Assembly (NCBI RefSeq): GCF_046119375.1
Contig: NW_027362769.1
Coordinates: 330,584,001 to 330,648,000, forward strand
Direction: 5' to 3'
Source of the DNA: Phyllobates terribilis
Lineage: Eukaryota
DNA length: 64,000 nucleotides
The position numbers and the translations under genes were made by a program. Below the pieces are notes generated by a model. The model was not told the DNA's origin, made no database searches, and saw only the letters and a list, made by a program, of their open reading frames with translations. Positions 57,659 through 64,000 of this stretch are shown here, piece by piece (position 1 is the first letter of the stretch; each line of letters opens with the position of its first letter).

Positions 57659-58998
57659 TCAAAGGGTTTTCCAATAATTAAATTTTTTTTAGTGCACAGC
57701 CGTGCACAAACTCCAGAATACTCACCCACCACTGCTCCACGACTACAGCGCACCTGAACGCTGCCGACAGTCACTAGGATCAGCGGTATTGCCAAGGCTT
57801 TTAATCTTCTGGCACTGGAGCTCTTATTTTCAAGATATGCCATAAGTGTCTGTGTTGGGAATAAGTTTTGTTGTCTCATAAAGTGATGGAATAACACCGG
57901 GATATGCTATCTGTTTGTGATCTCCGTGGATCTGACATCTGTGAATCCCTCCGATCCTGAGAAAGGGCTGCTGTGACCGCTTCACTGATTTTCCCTGATC
58001 AGCAACGCACCCGGGCCCTATAAGAGAATGAACCGGTGCTGCAGTTCTCTGCACAGGTAGGTGGCCAGGAGCGCTGCTGTGATGTTTTTGCTTTTGTTTT
58101 TTGCTGTAGCATCTTACAGTTCCCGTAAAAGTGGATGGGATTTAAAGAAATCTCATGCCTAGTCCATGCAATCTATTAGAGTTTGTAAAGTCTTTTCTAT
58201 AGAGCTTGTAAGTGCTGCTCTCATGCTGACGAGATCACTGGATCCCACGTTGAGCTTTCGGTAAGTTTTTGGTGTTGCAGCTTTTCCACACCCTTCGAGT
58301 AAAATAGGCTATTTGCATTGTTCTAAAACACGTAGCGTAAAAAACTCACCAAAAACTCATGATGGGAACGTAGCCTTACTGTCCTTCGCCCTTCTGATGC
58401 TGCAGAGGCAAAGTTGCCTCAGCTTATAGCATCAGAGACTATATAGTTTGGGCCAGTGGCTCATCAATCCTACTGGCCCAAACGACTGTCATTCATCAGA
58501 AGAGCACCACAGCGGGCAAGTGAGAAGCCTGGAGACAGGAGAGCAGAGCGATCCTGAAGAATATGAGGACAACCCTTAAAAGGAATCTGTCACCAAATCT
58601 GAGAGCAGCATGATGTAGGGGCACAGACCCTGATTCCCGCGATGTGTCACTTACTGGGCTGCTTGCTGTAGTTGTTATAAAATTCTAGGACAGAATTTCG
58701 GTATAATCTGATACAGTTTGGAGAGCACCATATGGCGGTCTTACACAAGGAGTAGCCAGTTTTTCATTTATCCCTTTTCTCCTCTTTACGGTCCAGCGAA
58801 ACAAAGTGAAAAGTAACCTAATACTTGATGGTTGATTTTTTTTTGTCACTGAAAGAAAGATGCTACAGCAGGGGGTGAAGTATTTTTTGCACTCCAGCTC
58901 TGGTATTGCAATATGTTGCCAGGCCTTTTTAGTATATGGACAGTATAGGAGAATCTCTTTGGTGGAGATTTACTATAGTGTGAAGTTAAGGATCAAAG

Positions 58999-59154
58999 CA
59001 GTGGCGTAACTTGAAGCTCATGGACCCCAATGCAAAAGCTCTAACGGGACCCCCAATTATTGCAAGTCTTTAATAGTATTGACCTTTTTGGGCTCCTTAG
59101 CCTCCAGGGCCCGGGTGCGATTGCCCCCATGCACCTATTGTAGTTACGCCCCTG
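58999..59154. mobile_element. hAT-type MITE
   Basis: CAGTGGCGTAACT ... AGTTACGCCCCTG; degenerate 8-bp TSD GATCAAAG / GTTAAAAG. Confidence 0.7.
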
Positions 59155-59552
59155 GTTAAAAGGGTTTTCCCACGAGCTACAACAAGATTGGTGATAAATG
59201 TATGATCACTGATTGCCTGAACGTTGGGACCCCAGACAGATCATATTGTCCCCTGTGTGAATAGAGCGGTAGTATGCCTGCCCCATCCCAGCAAAAGGAC
59301 CCCAAAACGTACATTTATCACTTATCCTGCGGAGACGTTGTTTAGCAATCAATCAGATTCCAATTCTCACATCTTTATATGATGTACATTTATATTGGGT
59401 ATTTGCAGGGGTGGATTGAGAGTAGCAAGGGCCCAGGGCACACACACACACACACCTGATGTATCACATGTCACATGATCCCCTGTGATAGATCATGTGA
59501 TAGTTCACGTGAAATTAATTTGCCACAATATTAATTATAATATTTTTTTTTA

Positions 59553-60388
59553 GGCTGTGTGCCCACTATGCGTTTTTAAGTGTTTCCGCAGCGGCAATTC
59601 CGCTGCAGAAACGCTTAAAAAGCGCATGGTAGAAGACCTGCCATGTTCCCCAATGATAATCCGCATGTGCTGTTCACATGCTGCCGAAATTTCCGCTGCG
59701 GATTATCATTGCGGAAAAAAACGCAGCACTACCAATTATTTTGCGGAAACACAGCGTTTTCACCGCCATTGACTTGCATTTGAACGCTTATTATCCACAT
59801 CACTGCATCTGTACATGCAGAATCCATGCGTTCAATGTGCGGATGGTACCCGGGTCTGGAGGAGAGGAGACTCTCCTCCGGACCCGGGTACCATAGAACC
59901 TGTTAAAAAAAATAAATAAATAAAATAAATATTATACTTACCTTCTGATGGCCCCCGGTGTCCTTATCCGATGCGTCCTGGCTTGCCGGCAGCTCGCGAT
60001 GGTCTGAAAAGGACCTGCCGTGACGTAATTTAGTCATGTGACAGGTCACGCGACCGCTGACGTCGGCAGGCCATCAGAAGGTAATTATATATTTATTTTT
60101 TACCATTCTTTTACGGTCACACTACATAAAACCATGCCTTTTGCATGGATTTATATAGTGTGACCAAGTTGTCAAGCACTTTCCAAGTGATGCTAAAATC
60201 GCTTGGAAAGTGCTTGTCAACCCGCATGCGGAAATGCATGTGAAGAACGCTTCACATCCGCATGTCCCTGGCAGGAAAAACGCATGTAAAATCCGCATGT
60301 ACAATCCACATGCGTTTTTTCTGCCAGGGAGATGCAGAAACGCTCAAAAAAAAAATCTGGAGCATTTCTGCATTGTGGGCACATAGCC
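59553..60388. mobile_element. PIF/Harbinger-type MITE (836 bp), inverted relative to 24296-25106
   Basis: TIRs GGCTGTGTGCCCAC / GTGGGCACATAGCC; TTA TSD. Confidence 0.9.
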
Positions 60389-60414
60389 TTACATTAATTG
60401 TATGACTCAATATT

Positions 60415-61165
60415 GAGCACACGTAGCCATCTGTACACGGCGGGAGGCCGCACGTAGCCATCTATACACGGCGGGAGGCCGCACGTAGCCATCTATACAC
60501 AGCAGGAGGCCGCACGGCACCATCTATACACAGCGGGAGGCCGCACGGTTACATCAATACACAGCAGGAGGCTGCACGTAGCCATCTATACACAGCAGGA
60601 GGCCACACGTAGCCATCTATAGACAGCAGGAGGCCGCACGTAGCCATCAATACACAGCAGGAGGCCACACGTAGCCATCTATAGACAGCAGGAGGCCGCA
60701 CGGCGCCATCTATACACAGCGGGAGGCCACACGTAGCCATCAATACACAGCAGGAGGATGCACGTAGCCATCTATACACAGCGGGAGGCCGCACGTAGCC
60801 ATCTATGCACAGCAGGAGGCCGCACATAGCCATCTATACACAGCGGGAGGCCGCACGTAGCCATCTATACACAGCAGGAGACCGCACGTAGCCATCTATA
60901 TACAGCGGGAGGCCGCACGTAGCCATCTGTATACAGCAGGAGGCCGCATGTAGCCATCTATACACAGCGGGAGGCCGCACGGCGCCATCTATACACAGCG
61001 GGCGGCCACACGGCGCCATCTATACACAGCAGGAGGCCGCACGGCGCCATCTATACACAGCAGGAGGCCGCACGGCAGGAGGCCGCACGTATAGATGGCA
61101 CGGCGCCATCTATACACAGCAGGAGGCCGCACGTAGCCATCTATACACAGCGGGAGGCCGTACGG
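60415..61165. repeat. 31-bp minisatellite
   Basis: Unit CACGTAGCCATCTATACACAGCGGGAGGCCG, about 24 copies with variants. Confidence 0.93.
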
Positions 61166-62899
61166 TGCCATCACACACACATACACATTTGAAACACAAA
61201 AATACATATAAACAGACATCACACAATGATATCTGCCTGCACACACACACTCTCACACCCTCTCTCACACTCACCATCCCCTGGCTCAGCTCCAGTCCTA
61301 CTGCTCTTCTCCGGTGCAGCAGTGCAGGCCGGGTACGCACTGCGTGACGTCACAGCTAGGAGACACGGCCGCGCACAGCAGTGACGCGGCCGGGCCAGCT
61401 CAGGGAAGTTAACAGCTGCAGTGCTGGCCCGGCCGAAGAAGAAGTAGCGGCAGTTCACCGCTGCCGGGGGAGCGGTCCGGGGGCCCCCCCCGCCACCGTC
61501 TGCCGGTATGTGCCGCGGCGCCGCACATATAATGAGGGCAATCTGGCCATAGACACCCCGGAGCCCGGGCCCTGGGCGGTATCTCAGATTGACCTCATTA
61601 TAATCCGCCTATGGGTATTTGGAGTGAGCTCGGAGTTCGCACATCATAGTTTTTTCAGCGTTTTTTTTTTTTCTGCAGCAAAACCTGATCTCTTGCCAGG
61701 AGGTTGTTCAGGATTTTTCTTGCTATTTTTCTTGTTTTTTTGCTGCATTTCTCAGCGTTTTTTTCACTGTTGTTTTGTCTATTTTATGCATGTACATAAA
61801 GTTCAGTGAAATGGTTTTGACATGCTAGCGAGGGGAGGTGAATTGTTCAGTAATAGTTGACCTAAGACACTAGCAGTACATTGAGTTTGTATGACACTAT
61901 TTACTTTCACACTATGGGGTCTGCCATTTAGTTGCACTGGCATTGTTCAATTTCACACCTCCCTGGGCCACAGGTATTGGTCAATCTCACACCTTGGTCA
62001 GCCAATGTTTACACTTCTAGAAACATGGTAATTTAATTAAACTCTCCTAATACAAACAACCAAGATGTGTGAACATAGCCTTAGTATGTGCACACAACGT
62101 CCTTTCCAGGCTTTTCTGCATTGAAACCTGTCTATGTCTTCCTCTTGAAAAACTCAGCACTTTCACCAAAGGTTAAAAAGACGTTGTGTGCACAGAAGTA
62201 AAGAGAAAAAAAATTGTTCATCCAGAATTGCCATTTTTCAGTTCTCCCACCTCCTGGCACCCCAAGAAAATAATTCAGGGTGAAAAACAATCAAAACATC
62301 ATATGAAGCCATAAATGGTCCCCAATAAAGACGTCATCTCGCCCCTCCAAAAACAATAAATGTGTCATCCCGGGGGGCCCGACAGTCATCAGATCCGGCA
62401 ACAACAACAACAAATGTACAAAGTATCAGATCACAGAAAACATCGACACCATTTTTTCTTTATTTTATGCTGTTTATTTATTTTTTTACAAATGTTTTAT
62501 CGCTGAAGAATCCCACTGCCCTGCCACAATGAACGCAAAAAACGCAATTTCTTAGATTTTTTGTTCATGTTTTTCACGGCGTCATGTGGTAAAAAGAATG
62601 GCGTCGGGCGAAACCACAACTCGTCCTACGAGAAACAAAAAAAACACCTTGCGGATGGAAAAATTATAAAAATGCTGGCTCTCTGGAAGAATGAATACGC
62701 CAAACGGAAGGGGTGGAATTATTTCGGAAAAGGGAAATGAGCAAATTGGTTGAATAGGTAACCGCACCTTTCCCTTGCACTATACATATACTGTGGGTTT
62801 ACTTTATTTCTTTGACAACTTTTCTGTGTTACTATGTAATATTGTGAGGTAAATGACACTGATACTATTTGGGGGGCTCTTAGAGGGGAGGTTGAGAAG

Positions 62900-63197
62900 A
62901 ATGGAGCCGCCGCCTCCTCCTCTCCTCTCCTGACCCTCTCTGGTCACAATCTGACTGCGCCGCTGTGTTTTGTCATTCTAACATGACGTAGAGATTCTTT
63001 TCACCAATCACAGCGCAGGCCGAGACAGAAGCAGCCAATAGCAGCGCTCGGAGCTCTCCCACCCACGTGTCTGCTCCTGGGAGGGAGGGGAAAGCTGCAG
63101 AGCAATGGCTGCGCTGTGTCAACATCTCCAATGTGTGTGCAGGTGACCGGGGCCGCCCTCCTACGTGTCACTACACCGGGTGCCACGGGCGGCAAGG
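62900..63197 (+). promoter_or_regulatory. Probable promoter and non-coding first exon of a further gene (TECPR1 expected from human synteny, not confirmed)
   Basis: Two CCAAT boxes (~63004, ~63034), TGACGT, CACGTG, CpG-rich, strong donor CAAG|GTAAGC at ~63197. No coding sequence recognised in the window. Confidence 0.5.
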
Positions 63198-64000
63198 TAA
63201 GCGGCGGCCATCCGGGCACAGCCATCCGTGCGGCCGTTACTAGCGGTCCTACCGTTCACTGGGGTCATTGTAGAGACCTTGGAGTGGGAGGGGTTAATTA
63301 GGATGAGCCCCGATGTATGCGTGTAGTTTGTGTGCGCCCCCTCTGGACACTCTGGGTAATTACACACAACTTTTTGAGGGCTTTATAGGCTTTTCCGTTT
63401 TATGGGGGGCAGATGAGACCCCCAGCTCCCAGTACATAGCGCCACACTAATATTTCAAGGGGATGTCCATGTATTCTACAACCATATGGTGCTCTCTTAT
63501 GCATCTGTCATCAAAAGGTGACGAAAAAACTGCGGCTTGATATGAGGGATGCGCTCCCTCATATCAAGTCTCCTAAATGACTTTGACAGCGACATTTACG
63601 AATTTGTCCATCTTTGGGGGTAGAAGACCCCAGTCACATGCAGACTAGACGTGCACAACGAGAGACGTCTAGTTGGATTGTGGCTGGGAGTATGCAAATT
63701 GTATACTTGCAGTCACATGACCGGCCGCTTCCGGCGCTGACCCTGAAGAATCCTCACAGTGTGCAGTGCTTGTATAAGGCCACGTTGTAAGATTTTCTAC
63801 CAAGTTCATAAATTATCTCCCTATAGAGAAGCTTGTGGCCCCCAAGATGAGGTGGAGCATGCTCACCGCCGCTCCATTCACTCTCTATGGGGGCTGCCAG
63901 TGCGCTCCACCATGTCTGCCAGCCCCATAGAGAATGAATGGAGCGGTGATGCGCATGCTCCACCTCTGCTTCATTCAGACGGGGCTCTTCAGAAGCACCT

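Larger units (their letters stand above)
59406..61613. mobile_element. hAT-type non-autonomous element (2.2 kb) with nested MITE and minisatellite
   Basis: Imperfect TIRs CAGGGGTGGATT / AATCCGCCTATG; perfect 8-bp TSD GGTATTTG (59398-59405, 61614-61621). Confidence 0.82.

Noticed and set aside
57625-58054. Possible minus-strand exon with donor GTGGGTGAGT
   Set aside because: Lies in T2-MITE-like sequence where TACTCACC motifs are common; the peptide is unrecognisable.

Overview
Vertebrate genomic DNA, most likely a frog (inferred from the TE repertoire and protein similarity), and very repeat-dense. It holds two convergent host genes: THUMPD1 (+ strand, 4 coding exons, 17269-22937, 294 aa) and BRI3 (- strand, 3 coding exons, 47033-35056, 139 aa). 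A probable third gene has its CCAAT-box promoter and first exon near 63.0-63.2 kb. The most striking structure is a 15.1-kb Mutator/foldback-like DNA transposon (664-15758) with a 9-bp target-site duplication, inserted in a 38-bp satellite that runs up to the THUMPD1 promoter. Its left terminal repeat has expanded into a ~6-kb satellite. Its decayed MULE-SWIM-PHD-like transposase gene lies between two diverged direct copies of a promoter/first-exon module. A very young, full-length Gmr1-type Ty3/Gypsy element (48162-56004; integrase before RT; apparently identical 1330-bp LTRs; RT motif YLDE) sits ~0.9 kb upstream of BRI3, inside a minisatellite-bearing MITE. The remainder is Tc1, hAT, Harbinger, T2/Kolobok, piggyBac-like, L2, CR1, L1 and solo-LTR copies, many with readable TSDs. 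All calls were made by eye, without database searches.
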